Positions 19,401 through 29,870 of a stretch of 64,000 bases of DNA are shown here, piece after piece (within the stretch, counting starts at the first letter, position 1; each line of letters opens with the position of its first letter). The stretch spans positions 168,926 to 232,925 of the forward strand of contig CAVUUR010000012.1 of the NCBI GenBank assembly GCA_963744715.1, read 5' to 3'. The DNA is from an uncultured bacterium. Its GTDB lineage: Bacteria > Babelota > Babeliae > Babelales > JACPOV01. The position numbers and the translations under genes were made by a program. The notes under the pieces are model-generated. The model worked only from the letters and a program-made list of their open reading frames with translations, had not been told where the DNA came from and ran no database searches.

Positions 19401-21377
19401 AACCATCATAGTGGCAATATCATCGCCAGAAGTTTCTATATTATTGCCGCCTGAAATCGTAACGGTCGATCCGGAGATTGAACCCGAATCGCCATTGATA
19501 GTCGTTATACTTGTCGCAAGTGTCTGAAAGGTTGGGGCGTTACCGGCACCGTTCGAAGTTAATAATTGGCCAGCAGTACCAACCGTGGTGGTATTCAATT
19601 TAGTACCATCATAATACACAACACCATTGGCATTAGTCATTGATGTAGCATTCGTACCGCCATCCGCAATCGTCACGGGTATTGCAAGACTTATCATTGC
19701 ACTACCGCCAAGTGCGACCGGCGAGCCGGTTACTGATATTCCTACACCATCCGTTAAGGTAATTGAACTGTTAGTTAACGCGGCATTCGGTACCGTACCA
19801 AAACTTGGATCAGCACTCGTGTTGCCTAAAAGAACCGTATTGGTTGCTCCAACCGCCACTGAACTTAATGAACCGGTACTATTACCAATTTGAACGGCAT
19901 GATTAGTAGTACCCGATACGTTAACGGTCATAGTAGCGGCACTGCCAGACGTTGTTATATTATTGCCACCCTCAATAGTAACGGTCGATCCGGAGATTGA
20001 ACCGGTATTACCATTGATAGTTTCTATACTTGTCGCAGACGTCTGGAAGGTTGGGGCATTGCCCGTGCCATTTGACGTTAATACTTGACCAGCAGTACCA
20101 ACCGCGGTGGTATTCAATTTAGTACCATCATAATACACAACGCCATCGGTATTAGTCATCGATGTAGCATTAGTACCGCCATTTGCAATCGAGACTGGCG
20201 TTGAAAGAGTTATCGTCGCACTGCCGCCAAGTGCTACTGGCGAGCCGGTAACTGATATTCCTGTACCACTGTTTAAGGTAATTGAACTATTAGTTAACGC
20301 AGCATTAGGCACCATACCAAAACTTGGATCAGCACCCGTGTTACCTAAAAGAACCGTATTGGTCGCTCCAACCGCTACTGAACTTAATGAACCGGTACTA
20401 TTACCAATTTGAACGGCATGATTGGTAGTACCCGATACGGAAACCGTCATAGTAGTGCCACTACCAGAAGTTGTTATATTACTGCCAATGGGACCTGAAA
20501 TAATAACGGTCGATCCGGATATTGCACCCGAATTGCCATCGATATTTGCTATGCCTGACCCACCACTACCCGTTACAAAAATAGGTGACACGCCCGGTCC
20601 GCGGGAAGTTAAAATTTGGCCAGCAGTACCAACCGCGGTAGTATTCAATAGAGTACCATCGTAATACACAACGCCGTTGGCATTAGTCATTGATGTAGCA
20701 TTCGTACCACCATTGGCAATTGAAACGGGAACGGTTAAATTCACCACCGGATTTACCGTCGGATTTCCCGTAATAGTTATTCCCGTACCACCGGTAACCG
20801 ATGCTACGCTACCGGTACCTGGGGAAGATCCATTAACCAACAAGGTGCCATTTACACTTAACGTGCCGTTTACTATTTCAAAACCATTCACTATTAATGC
20901 GTGATTCACTGCTAAAAATCCGACGGTTAAATCACGTTTGAATTTTGAACTTTTATAATGATTCTCATCAACATTCATATCACCAGGTTCTACGTACAGA
21001 TCACCTAAGATTAATTTTGTTTTATATTCTTCAATATCTGATCTGATGCTATCTAATGGCGCATTGCATTCGTGTAACGCAATTGAATCTAAACATTCAT
21101 TAACCACGTACATCAGTGATGAGTACTCTGCAATATCTCCTTCATGTTCAATATCCTGGCACAACCTTTTGAATGCTAATGACCATTCATGATCAACCAA
21201 AGCTTTTTCGAGTGCCAAAAGCGCCGTTTGAAGCTCGGGAGAAAGATATACCAGTTTAGCATTGTCAATCTCTTGTTTTTCTGATCGTTCATTACCTTGA
21301 TCCAATGCAACTAACATGTTTGGTGGGAACGTAAGATATAACAACGATAATAATACGATAACTTTTTTATTAACCAC
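16446..21377 (-). CDS. Paralogous larger fibre/adhesin protein with S74 domain
   Basis: Near-identical N-terminal ~180 aa and S74 domain to the 12478-16425 protein, with more repeat modules. Confidence 0.85.
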   Translation of the reverse strand: MVNKKVIVLLSLLYLTFPPNMLVALDQGNERSEKQEIDNAKLVYLSPELQTALLALEKALVDHEWSLAFKRLCQDIEHEGDIAEYSSLMYVVNECLDSIALHECNAPLDSIRSDIEEYKTKLILGDLYVEPGDMNVDENHYKSSKFKRDLTVGFLAVNHALIVNGFEIVNGTLSVNGTLLVNGSSPGTGSVASVTGGTGITITGNPTVNPVVNLTVPVSIANGGTNATSMTNANGVVYYDGTLLNTTAVGTAGQILTSRGPGVSPIFVTGSGGSGIANIDGNSGAISGSTVIISGPIGSNITTSGSGTTMTVSVSGTTNHAVQIGNSTGSLSSVAVGATNTVLLGNTGADPSFGMVPNAALTNSSITLNSGTGISVTGSPVALGGSATITLSTPVSIANGGTNATSMTNTDGVVYYDGTKLNTTAVGTAGQVLTSNGTGNAPTFQTSATSIETINGNTGSISGSTVTIEGGNNITTSGSAATMTVNVSGTTNHAVQIGNSTGSLSSVAVGATNTVLLGNTSADPSFGTVPNAALTNSSITLTDGVGISVTGSPVALGGSAMISLAIPVTIADGGTNATSMTNANGVVYYDGTKLNTTTVGTAGQLLTSNGAGNAPTFQTLATSITTINGDSGSISGSTVTISGGNNIETSGDDIATMMVSVSGTTNHAVQIGNSTGSLSSVAVGATNTVLLGNTGADPSFGTVPNAALTNSSITLNSGTGISVTGSPVALGGSAMIALSTPVSVANGGTGASTLTSNGVLLGNGTSPITATTAGTGGQILIGSSGAPSFITPTAGAGLSITNNATTLSYALAVPVTIADGGTNATSMTNTDGVVYYDGTKLNTTTVGTAGQVLTSNGSGSAPTFQSAAASGITTINGDTGSISGSTVTIAGGNNITTSGNGGTIMTVSVSGTTNHAVQIGNSSGSLSPVAVGATNTVLLGNTGADPSFGTVPNAALTNSSITLNSGTGITVTGSPVSLGSSATIALSTPVSVANGGTGASTLTSNGVLLGNGTSPITATTAGTGGQVLIGSSGAPSFITPTAGAGLSITNNATTLSYALAVPVTIADGGTNATSMTNTDGVVYYDGTKLNTTTVGTAGQLLTSNGAGVAPSFQNALTRIATIDGNTGSVTGTTVTISGTGSSNINTTCSGTVMTVAVSGTTNDAVQIGNSSGSLTSIAVGATNTVLLGNTGAAPSFGTVPNAALSNSSITLTSGTGITVTGSPVSLGGSATIALTTPVSVANGGTGASTLTSNGVLLGNGTSPITATTAGTGGQVLIGSSGAPSFITPTAGAGLSITNNATTLSYALAVPVTIADGGTNATSMTNTDGVVYYDGTKLNTTTVGTAGQLLTSNGTGNAPTFQTFTITNDSGSVTGNSLSLKAGSGAGATVKFSGSGTAMTLSMTDANNNIAIGASAGNATMGSSNNVVGLGAGLALTTGSNGNCALGGEALVSLTTGTGNIAIGLFAGSNLSSSESNNIYLNHDGVAAESGKLRIGGTTAAFIAGISGVTVSGATVLVSAAGQLGVAASSARYKKNIKDIISSNVLDLRPVTFNYKDREWEDEIHYGLIAEEVADTIPDLVIYDNNKEPQTVKYHELPVLLLAQLKVLAHEIAVLKAERLNTDDEIRRLGVKIATLESKNTIVN

Positions 21378-21672
21378 GCCATCTCCTTATCTTTTTTATG
21401 AATATTCTCACCATAAACAAATAGCAAGATTGTAAGTCAAGACATATATCAATTAACTTTAATTTCAATAACTCAACGGACATTTTCTAACTCAGCCAAG
21501 TTAATAAACAGGAAAAACAAGAGCGCATGACACTATCAAAAACGTTACCCGTTAGTTATTTTTTAACGTAAGCATTTTTTACTTTAGAAACTCTACTTTT
21601 TAAATTTTTATTGTATACTGATTAAGCTTAATCAGTCTTATTTTCTGTCTACAAAGGAACGTTTTTTACAAC

Positions 21673-24600
21673 ATGTCTGCCCATTTTACTCACCTGCATT
21701 TGCATACTGAATTTTCTTTGCTTGATGGGGCAATCAGCCTTGATCGATTAATTGCATTTGGCAAGCAGCACAGTTTTAAATCGCTGGCTATTACCGATCA
21801 TGGTAATATTTTTGGTGCTGTGAAATTTTTTCAACAATGTAAAAAAGCTGGCATTAAACCCATTTTGGGCATTGAATCCTATTTTACCGAAGATATTTCG
21901 GTAAGATCGGTTGAAAAAAAATATCATCATCTTATTTTACTGGTGCAAAATGAGATTGGTTATAAAAATTTATGTAAATTAATTTCATTTTCCTATCAAC
22001 AAGGCTTTTATTTTAAACCGCGCATTGATTACCACATATTAGAAAAACATTCCGAAGGCCTTATTGCAACAACCGCTTGTTTAGGAGGCCATATTCCTTC
22101 ATTACTCATGAATGATCACTATGAGCAGGCAGAAAAACGGATGGATTGGTTTTTATCCGTGTTTGGGCATGATCGATTTTTTTTTGAAGTGCAACCAGAA
22201 GATCAACAAGAACAAGTAATGCTCAATAAAAAATTGTATGAGTGGAGTGCCAAAAAAAATATTAAACTGGTTGCCACCGCAGATTGCCACTATGTTTTGC
22301 CGGAAGACCGTGAAGCGCATGAAGTAATGCTCGCTATTCAAACACAACACAAAATGAGTGATCCCGATCGATTTACCTTTGGGCAATGCCGCGCCTATAT
22401 GAGAACCGCCGACGAAATGCTTGAGATTTTTAAAGATCATCCAGAAGCGGTGTGGAATAGTGGCTTTATTGCTGATCAATGCCATTTTGATTTTAAAACC
22501 GGCACCCTATTTTTTCCGCAATTTGTTATTCCTGAGCACCATACTGCTGACAGCTTTTTTACTACCTTATGTAACGAAGGGTTCAATGCACTTGTTACGC
22601 AAGGACGCATACCATCCGAACAATGTGAAGAATACAAACACCGTCTTGAAGTAGAATGTAGTCTCATTATAACAATGGGATTCGTTGGTTATTTTTTGGT
22701 AGTAAGTGATTTTATCCAGTGGGCAAAACGAAATGGTATTCCGGTCGGACCCGGCCGTGGCTCTGCTGCCGGTTCATTAGTGGCCTGGTCATTACAAATA
22801 ACCAATATTGACCCCATTAAATATAACCTCCTTTTTGAACGATTTCTCAATCCGGAACGGGTCACGATGCCCGATATCGATATCGATTTTTGTATTGAAG
22901 GTCGCGATACCGTTATTAACTACGTGCGGGATAAATACGGCCATGAAAAAGTTGGGCAAATTATTACCTTTGGTACCATGCTTGCAAAAGGTGTTGTAAA
23001 AGATGTTGCACGCACCTTAGGAATGCCGTTTGAAGATGCCAATGGCATAACCAACCTTATTCCCGAACAATTAAAAATAACGTTACATGAAGCTATTGAA
23101 CAAGAACCTCGTTTAAAAGAAATGATTGATAACAATCCTAAAGTGCATCATTTGTTTGACATCGCTTTGAAACTCGAGGGAATAACCAGACACGCTTCAA
23201 AACATGCGGCCGGTATCGTTATATCCCCTGAACCAATTGATGAAGTATTGCCGGTGTACGTTCCGCCAAAAAGTAATGAATTGGTAACCCAATATGCTAT
23301 GACCGAACTTGAAAGTTTGGGATTTTTAAAAATAGATTTTCTCGGTTTAAAAAACCTAACGCTCATCGATCGCGCTATCAAGTTAATTGCTTCTCAACAA
23401 GGAATTACCATTGATATTGATGCATTGCCGTTGGATGATCCGAAAACATTTACGTTACTAGGGCAGGGAAAAACATCAGGCGTTTTTCAATTGGAATCGG
23501 AGGGTATTAAAGAGGTACTGATCAAGCTCCAAGCGGAAAAGTTTGAAGATATTATTGCGGTAAACGCATTATACCGACCAGGGCCTTTAGGATCGGGCAT
23601 GGTCGATGATTTTATTCAACGCAAACATGGCAAACAAAAAATTAGTTATTTATTTATCGAGCTGGAACCGATATTACAAGAAACTTATGGCGTTATTGTT
23701 TATCAAGAACAGGTTATGAAGATTGCTTCTAGCATTGCTTCATATTCGCTGGGAGAAGCTGATATTTTACGCCGCGCGATGGGTAAAAAAAAGCCGGAAG
23801 AGATGGCAAAACAGCGTTCATTATTTCTGGAACGTGCTGCAAAAAATAATTTTAATGAAACAAAAGCCGGAGAACTTTTTGATTTAATGGCCTATTTTGC
23901 CGGTTATGGTTTTAACAAATCGCACTCAGCTGCTTACGCTCTTATTGCATATCAAACAGCTTATCTTAAAAGCAAATTTTCCTGCAGAGTTTATGGCCTG
24001 TTTAATATCGCTTGAATCAAGCAATGCCGAAAAAATGTCTTTTTATCTGCAAGAAACTAAGGATATGGGATTATCCTTACATATCTCCTAATATTAATAC
24101 TTCCCAGATCCATTTTAAGGTAATTGATGGTGCACTTCTTTTTGGGCTACAAGGTATTAAAAATGTCGGGTTAGCAGCCTTAGAAACTATTATTGAGGAA
24201 CGCAAAAAACAACCTTACAAAGATCTTTTTGATTTTTGTATACGCGTTGATTTACGAACTGTTAATAAACGGGTTATTGAAAGCCTAATTTGCGCCGGAG
24301 CCTTTGATCAATTACCAGGAAATCGCGCACAAAAGTATGAAGAATTATCGATTATTATGGATAAGGCCGTTGAACGGAAAAAAGCATTGGCAACCGGACA
24401 ACTCGGCCTCTTTGATAGCAAACCATCAGCATCTTCAACACAAGAATATGAAGGGCATATATTTGCTCCTCGGGCCGAGTGGGATATTAAACAACAATTA
24501 GAAAAAGAACGCGAAGTTATCGGTTTTTATTTAAGTGCCCATCCGCTTGATCCGTATCAACATTATCTACGCTGGCTTCCTCTCCTTTCTTTTGAGCAAG

Positions 24601-25124
24601 CATTGACCAACGCTCTACAAAAAAAATCCGCTCAAGAACAACCGGTAATAACCTACGGATTAATAACTACGAGCAAACAAGTTATTACTAAAAAAGGGGA
24701 TCGCATGGCTTTTTTACACTGTGAAGATACCGTATCAAAAGCCGAAATTATTATTTTTCCACAATTATTTAAAAAAGTAGAATCATGGTTAACGCAGTAT
24801 CGAGTTTTTATTATTAAAGGAGTTGTTGACGTATCGGCAACACAATGCAAAATAAAAGCAAATGAATTGGTTCCTGCAGAGCTCTTTTTTCAAGAATGGT
24901 CAGGTATAAAATCGATTTATTTAACCCTGCCAAATCAGTTTGAAGAATCGTTATTAACCACGATAAAAGAACGTTTGGTAAACGGAAAAGTACCACTTTC
25001 ATTAATTTTTTCCGATGCAGAAAAAAAATTATGTCTAAAAACTAAACAATCGGTTGCATTGGATGCTGCTACTATTCACCATCTCGAACAACATAAGATC
25101 AAAGTTACGGTTGTTCCTGCATAG
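21673..25124 (+). CDS. dnaE: DNA polymerase III alpha subunit (two apparent +1 frameshifts near 23970 and 24080)
   Basis: PHP HLHLHTEFSLLDG, GPGRGSAAGS, PDIDIDF, YGFNKSH; YLKANFPAEFMA and the C-terminal OB fold continue in successive frames. Confidence 0.95.
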
Positions 25125-25131
25125 GTTATTA

Positions 25132-25788
25132 TTAATCCTGAATAAATTCATAAGCTTTTTGATAGTAGGGCTCATCAATGGCACGTATCGTTCCCAAAAA
25201 GGCTTGTAATGCTGTACGATCATCTTGCGTATAAAGATATAGGAGGATTTTATGTAACCATCCTTCAACGTAGTATTCAGATTTATCATAATGATGTTGC
25301 AACATGGTAACGATCAAATATTCATACAAGCAAGCAGTAGCATTCATAGGCAGATGATCAACGTTATTAACAAGAGTGTTAATGGCGTCATATTCTTTTT
25401 TCTCAAAGAATAATCCGCAGAGCATGCTCATAATAGCGGCTAACCGCACATAATTTTTCTCTCCTTGATAAAGATCAATCAAGATAAGTAAAATATCCTC
25501 TGCCTTCGGTTGCAGGGTAATAACATGCTCATAAAGACCGGCCGCTTCCGGCAATTTACCATTCTTACGATACAATTGTGCTGCCGCTATATATTTTTCA
25601 CACGCAGCATTACTATCATTAAACGACAGTAAAATGTCCCCCTCAAGTTGATAGGCAAAAGCTTGATCATTAAATGAATGTACCAATAATCGATATAATC
25701 CTAATGCCCGCTCTCGCTCACCACGAACAACAAATTCAGCTAATTTAAACCATGCAACATTATATTTATCAGCAGGAAGATAACTCAT
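25132..25788 (-). CDS. TPR-like helical hypothetical protein
   Basis: AWFKLAE, AYQLEGDIL, AAGLYE helical repeat pattern. Confidence 0.6.
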   Translation of the reverse strand: MSYLPADKYNVAWFKLAEFVVRGERERALGLYRLLVHSFNDQAFAYQLEGDILLSFNDSNAACEKYIAAAQLYRKNGKLPEAAGLYEHVITLQPKAEDILLILIDLYQGEKNYVRLAAIMSMLCGLFFEKKEYDAINTLVNNVDHLPMNATACLYEYLIVTMLQHHYDKSEYYVEGWLHKILLYLYTQDDRTALQAFLGTIRAIDEPYYQKAYEFIQD

Positions 25789-25974
25789 ACTACAACCCTT
25801 CTTGGACAGACCATGCGCTCACCTTTTTTAGCATTAATATCAAAATAACAAGTTGCAAATTTTTTTAATAACTCTTGAAAAAATGGCCTGTTGCGTTGAT
25901 AAAAAAATAACTTATGTAAAAACATCATTGAAATTACCATAGGATAAAAACAAAAAGCAAGATGCGAAAAAAAA

Positions 25975-26049
25975 TGGTGCCGAGGAGTGGAATCGAACCA
26001 CCGACACTGCGCTCTTCAGGCGCATGCTCTACCACTGAGCTACCTCGGC
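25975..26049 (-). tRNA. tRNA-Phe(GAA)
   Basis: Reverse complement GCCGAGGTAGCTCAGTGGTAGAGCATGCGCCTGAAGAGCGCAGTGTCGGTGGTTCGATTCCACTCCTCGGCACCA. Confidence 0.96.
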
Positions 26050-26222
26050 ATTAACAGAATCATAGATAAGTACAATGTATGGTACCTTTATCATAATTTT
26101 TGTCAATAGTAGGGGTAACGACATTTTTACCTGCTAATACCCAACGGTAATTTGCCAACTGATTACTCCTTTGCTACGCTAATCATAATGATACTTAAAG
26201 ATCCATATTCGTTAGGTTTACT

Positions 26223-27266
26223 ATGCAATCATTGGAGTCATTTCAAAAAGAAATAGTACGCATACATGAAGAATTTCTATCTGCATTGGAACGCGCAAGC
26301 AGCCAAGAAGCGGTTGAAGAAGTGCGTATTGCCTTCTTAGGAAGAAAAGGCGTCATTACTTCCCTCATGGATAATCTCAAAGAATTAACTATTGAAGATA
26401 AACGAATAATTGGACCAGCTCTTAATCTACTCAAACAACAACTGCAAGAGTTGTATACGGCAAAAGAAAAAAAATTATCCGAAACGTTATTAGCACAAGA
26501 GAAAAACAAAAAAAAATCATTTGATGTTACGGCCTATATTCCTCGTTTGCCCAAAGGGAATCTGCATCCCATTACCAAGCTTCTTACGCACATTAATCGA
26601 TGTGCCATTAGTATGGGTTTTGAAATAGTTGATGGTCCGGAAGTTGAAACTGATTACTACAATTTTGAAGCGCTCAATATTCCACCTAACCATCCGGCAC
26701 GTGATATGTGGGATACCTTCTGGCTTGATGTGCCATCGTTGCTCCTGCGTACCCATACCTCGTCAGTACAAGCACATGTTATGCAAGAACGCAAACCACC
26801 ACTGGCCATTATTGTACCGGGAAGATGTTATCGGCACGAAGCGACTGATGCATCACATGATTTTTTATTTATGCAATTAGAAGGATTAGTAATTGGCAAC
26901 AATATATCTATGAGTAATTTATTAGCAACTGTTAAAACACTGATGCAAGCAATTTTTGAAAAAAAAGAATTAGCCATTCGTGTGCGGCCAAGTTATTTTC
27001 CGTTTGTAGAACCGGGCATTGAAATTGATGTTGAATGTCCTTTTTGTACCAGTGGTTGTTCCACCTGTAAACAAATTCGATGGATAGAAATATGTGGAGC
27101 AGGCCTTGTTCATCCGCATGTTTTGAATAATAGTGGCATTGATTCGCAACAATATTCAGGATTTGCTTTTGGTTTTGGCCTAACCCGCTTGGCTATGTTA
27201 AGCTATGGCATAGATGATATTCGTTTTTTACACTCAGGCGCAATTAATTTTCTCGATCAATTTTAA
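26223..27266 (+). CDS. pheS: Phenylalanine--tRNA ligase alpha subunit
   Basis: HPARDMWDTF, LLRTHTS, YFPFVEP, GFAFGFGLTRLAML. Confidence 0.97.
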   Translation: MQSLESFQKEIVRIHEEFLSALERASSQEAVEEVRIAFLGRKGVITSLMDNLKELTIEDKRIIGPALNLLKQQLQELYTAKEKKLSETLLAQEKNKKKSFDVTAYIPRLPKGNLHPITKLLTHINRCAISMGFEIVDGPEVETDYYNFEALNIPPNHPARDMWDTFWLDVPSLLLRTHTSSVQAHVMQERKPPLAIIVPGRCYRHEATDASHDFLFMQLEGLVIGNNISMSNLLATVKTLMQAIFEKKELAIRVRPSYFPFVEPGIEIDVECPFCTSGCSTCKQIRWIEICGAGLVHPHVLNNSGIDSQQYSGFAFGFGLTRLAMLSYGIDDIRFLHSGAINFLDQF

Positions 27267-27327
27267 CCATAAAAAATGATTTTTTTACTATGAAATATAT
27301 TAATCAATGGAAAAAAAGGAATAATTA

Positions 27328-28245
27328 ATGGACATTATTAAAGCAGTTATACCCGCAGCTGGATTAGGTACTCGTTTTTTACCATTCACTAAAGCGGTCC
27401 CCAAAGAAATGTTACCGCTCCTGAATAAACCGGCAATTCAATATATTATTGAAGAGGGATTAGCATCAGAAATAAGTACCTTCTTGCTGGTTACCTGCAA
27501 AGGAAAAGAAGCTATCGCTAACCATTTTGACCCCAATCTTGAATTAGAAACGTTCTTGAAAGAACGTGGCAAAATGGATTTACTCAATAACCTTAAAAAA
27601 ATAGAACGTTCTGCCCATTTTTGTTATATCAGACAATCAGAACCTCAAGGATTAGGCCATGCAGTATTAATGGCACAACATATGATTGGTAAAGAATATT
27701 TCGGTGTATTTTTACCTGATGATATTATTATGTCAAAAACACCCGCGTTTCAACAATTAGCAAAAATTGCTCGTCAAGAAAAAGCCAGCGTTATTGCGGT
27801 ACAAGAAGTACCCATGGAACAAGTTTCTTCATACGGCATGATAGGTATAAAAAAACAAATAACGCCGAACTTATTTCAAGTTTCTCATTTAGTTGAAAAA
27901 CCGGATCAAAAAGATAGTCCTTCAAATCTTGCCGTTATTGGACGCTATATTTTATCACATAAAATTTTTACGGCTCTCGAATCAATTGATACCGATAAAA
28001 AAGGTGAGTTACAATTAACCGATGCCATATCACAAATGATGTACAACAATGAAAAGGTATTTGCGTATAAAATACAGGGCATTCGCTATGATATTGGCAA
28101 TCCGTTAGGATGGATTAAGGCAACCATTGGTTGTGCATTACAAGATCCGCAAAGTGCCCAGATCATTCAAGAGTTTCTTAACGATAAACAAGCACTTGAA
28201 AGTTTTATCTATAATCCAACTAAAATTATGGAACACACATTATAA
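27328..28245 (+). CDS. galU: UTP--glucose-1-phosphate uridylyltransferase
   Basis: KAVIPAAGLGTRFLPFTKAVPKEMLP, GLGHAV, VEKP, ELQLTDA. Confidence 0.95.
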   Translation: MDIIKAVIPAAGLGTRFLPFTKAVPKEMLPLLNKPAIQYIIEEGLASEISTFLLVTCKGKEAIANHFDPNLELETFLKERGKMDLLNNLKKIERSAHFCYIRQSEPQGLGHAVLMAQHMIGKEYFGVFLPDDIIMSKTPAFQQLAKIARQEKASVIAVQEVPMEQVSSYGMIGIKKQITPNLFQVSHLVEKPDQKDSPSNLAVIGRYILSHKIFTALESIDTDKKGELQLTDAISQMMYNNEKVFAYKIQGIRYDIGNPLGWIKATIGCALQDPQSAQIIQEFLNDKQALESFIYNPTKIMEHTL

Positions 28246-28328
28246 TACCAAAAAAAGTTAATACTTTTTTGTAGTACATTTTGAGTTTGATATAAAAGAA
28301 TCATGAAATATATCCTGATTTTTTTATA

Positions 28329-29522
28329 TTAATCAGGCAATAGAATAGCAACAAGCTCCTTTAATTGTTGTTGATGTGGTTGATCCAAATTACTTGTAAT
28401 ATCTTCATCATCATTAATGTTAAAAATTGCATTAACCATATCTGCTTTGTAGCGAGCAAATTCAGGCGCATTAAAAAAATCTGCTTCGGGTGTGGTAGCT
28501 ACTTGTATTATTTTTGAAACTAAATCCAGTATGTTAATAGCAGCTCTTTTTTTGATATCGTTGTTATTGCTTTTCAAATCACTCAAATTTTTTGTAATAG
28601 TACTTATCTCACTATCAATTGCCAATACTTTAATCTTCATATCAACAATACTTGCCGTTTGAAGAACGTCTCTTAATGTTATGACATCGTCATTTTGTGT
28701 ACGATCAGCATTTGCTGAATCCAAAATAAGATACTGTGCCTGATCCTGTACCTTATTAACAACTACGGCTATCCAATGCGTGGAAGTACCGGCTATATAG
28801 CCAGTTTTTCCTACATATTCTCGAGAAAAAGCAAGCAAAAATACATGCGCAAAATTTGGCTGTTTTCTAAATTCCTCAATAGTACTAATCATGCTACTTA
28901 AAATTCCAGTACCACTCTCTTTCCGACTGGTATCAAGCCATTCAATATTATCAATAACGGTAAAATAAGCAGTCGGGTTTGCAATAGAAAGACCTTCCCG
29001 CCGTAAAACGTTAGAACCGGCAATTTTAATAACAAGTTCTTCTAGTTCATCTCCCTGTAGCCACGAACCATCCTTATTCCCTACATTGGTTCTTGTTCTC
29101 TCCCGAACAACTTCGCCTTTAAATTCATCGGCAAAATTAACGTAACTAATTGCTGAATAAAGCTTTTTTAATATATCGGGCCTTTGAGCAGGTTTAAGAA
29201 TATAGTTAAGCATTATTAAACCATTATACAATGCATAATAGCCACAAACAGCACCCCCCTTTTGCGGCAATGACCGCACTTGATACAACTGCAATGATTG
29301 ATTTTGAGCAATCCAAGGTAAATTTACCAATAATGGCTTAATAATAACTGGTTGAGGAACTTCAATGGATCCACTACCAATACTATCGTTTAATAGCTGC
29401 AAGCTATCGTTGAGTAATTCCAAATTTTTTTCGATCTCATCAAGTTGTGCATAATTCATTAATGGATAGGCAATAATCAAACAAATAGCGTTAATTTTCG
29501 GTAAAAACTTCACTGTTAACAT
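28329..29522 (-). CDS. Secreted papain-fold cysteine protease-like protein (Josephin-like)
   Basis: Signal peptide; PQKGGAVCGYYALYN ... THWIAVVV ... YLILDS. Confidence 0.6.
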   Translation of the reverse strand: MLTVKFLPKINAICLIIAYPLMNYAQLDEIEKNLELLNDSLQLLNDSIGSGSIEVPQPVIIKPLLVNLPWIAQNQSLQLYQVRSLPQKGGAVCGYYALYNGLIMLNYILKPAQRPDILKKLYSAISYVNFADEFKGEVVRERTRTNVGNKDGSWLQGDELEELVIKIAGSNVLRREGLSIANPTAYFTVIDNIEWLDTSRKESGTGILSSMISTIEEFRKQPNFAHVFLLAFSREYVGKTGYIAGTSTHWIAVVVNKVQDQAQYLILDSANADRTQNDDVITLRDVLQTASIVDMKIKVLAIDSEISTITKNLSDLKSNNNDIKKRAAINILDLVSKIIQVATTPEADFFNAPEFARYKADMVNAIFNINDDEDITSNLDQPHQQQLKELVAILLPD

Positions 29523-29689
29523 CTCCCGTTTAAGAATTTATATTCTTTACGGTATACAATTTTACCTTATTAAAGCAACCATTACGCCCCTATCAAAAAG
29601 GTATACGGAAGCAAAATATTGCAAATTGAAAATACAATAGAGTATGCTCATTGATGAAAATCTAACAGATCATGCAGAAGGAAATTGTT

Positions 29690-29839
29690 ATGAAATACTC
29701 ATCGTTGGTATTACTGTGTATCGTTTTTACGTATACTACGCTAACACAATCATGCCCTACCTGCGTAGCCCGTGTTGAAGAAAAAACTCCACCATTTTTT
29801 ACTGATGAATTTTATCCAGAATCTGCGACACCGGGATAA
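29690..29839 (+). CDS. Small secreted CxxC peptide (49 aa, not in the ORF track)
   Basis: RBS GAAGGA; MKYSSLVLLCIVFTYTTLTQSCPTCVARVEEKTPPFFTDEFYPESATPG*. Confidence 0.6.
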   Translation: MKYSSLVLLCIVFTYTTLTQSCPTCVARVEEKTPPFFTDEFYPESATPG

Positions 29840-29870
29840 TGCCTTAATAAGTCAATCATAGGGAAACGCT

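Noticed and set aside
13300..20800. CRISPR-like or non-coding repeat array
   Set aside because: Repeats are long, in-frame and vary mostly at synonymous positions; there is no repeat-spacer structure and no cas genes.
13100..20904. Repeated plus-strand Val/Pro-rich ORFs
   Set aside because: Antisense shadows of the Gly/Thr-rich repeat genes.
12478..21377. Prophage tail region
   Set aside because: No capsid, terminase, integrase or baseplate genes; both proteins have signal peptides and sit next to dnaE.
23897..24100. Naturally split dnaE, intein or programmed frameshift
   Set aside because: No intein motifs; the protein is collinear after removing two single bases, and similar indels occur in unrelated genes, which favours sequence error.
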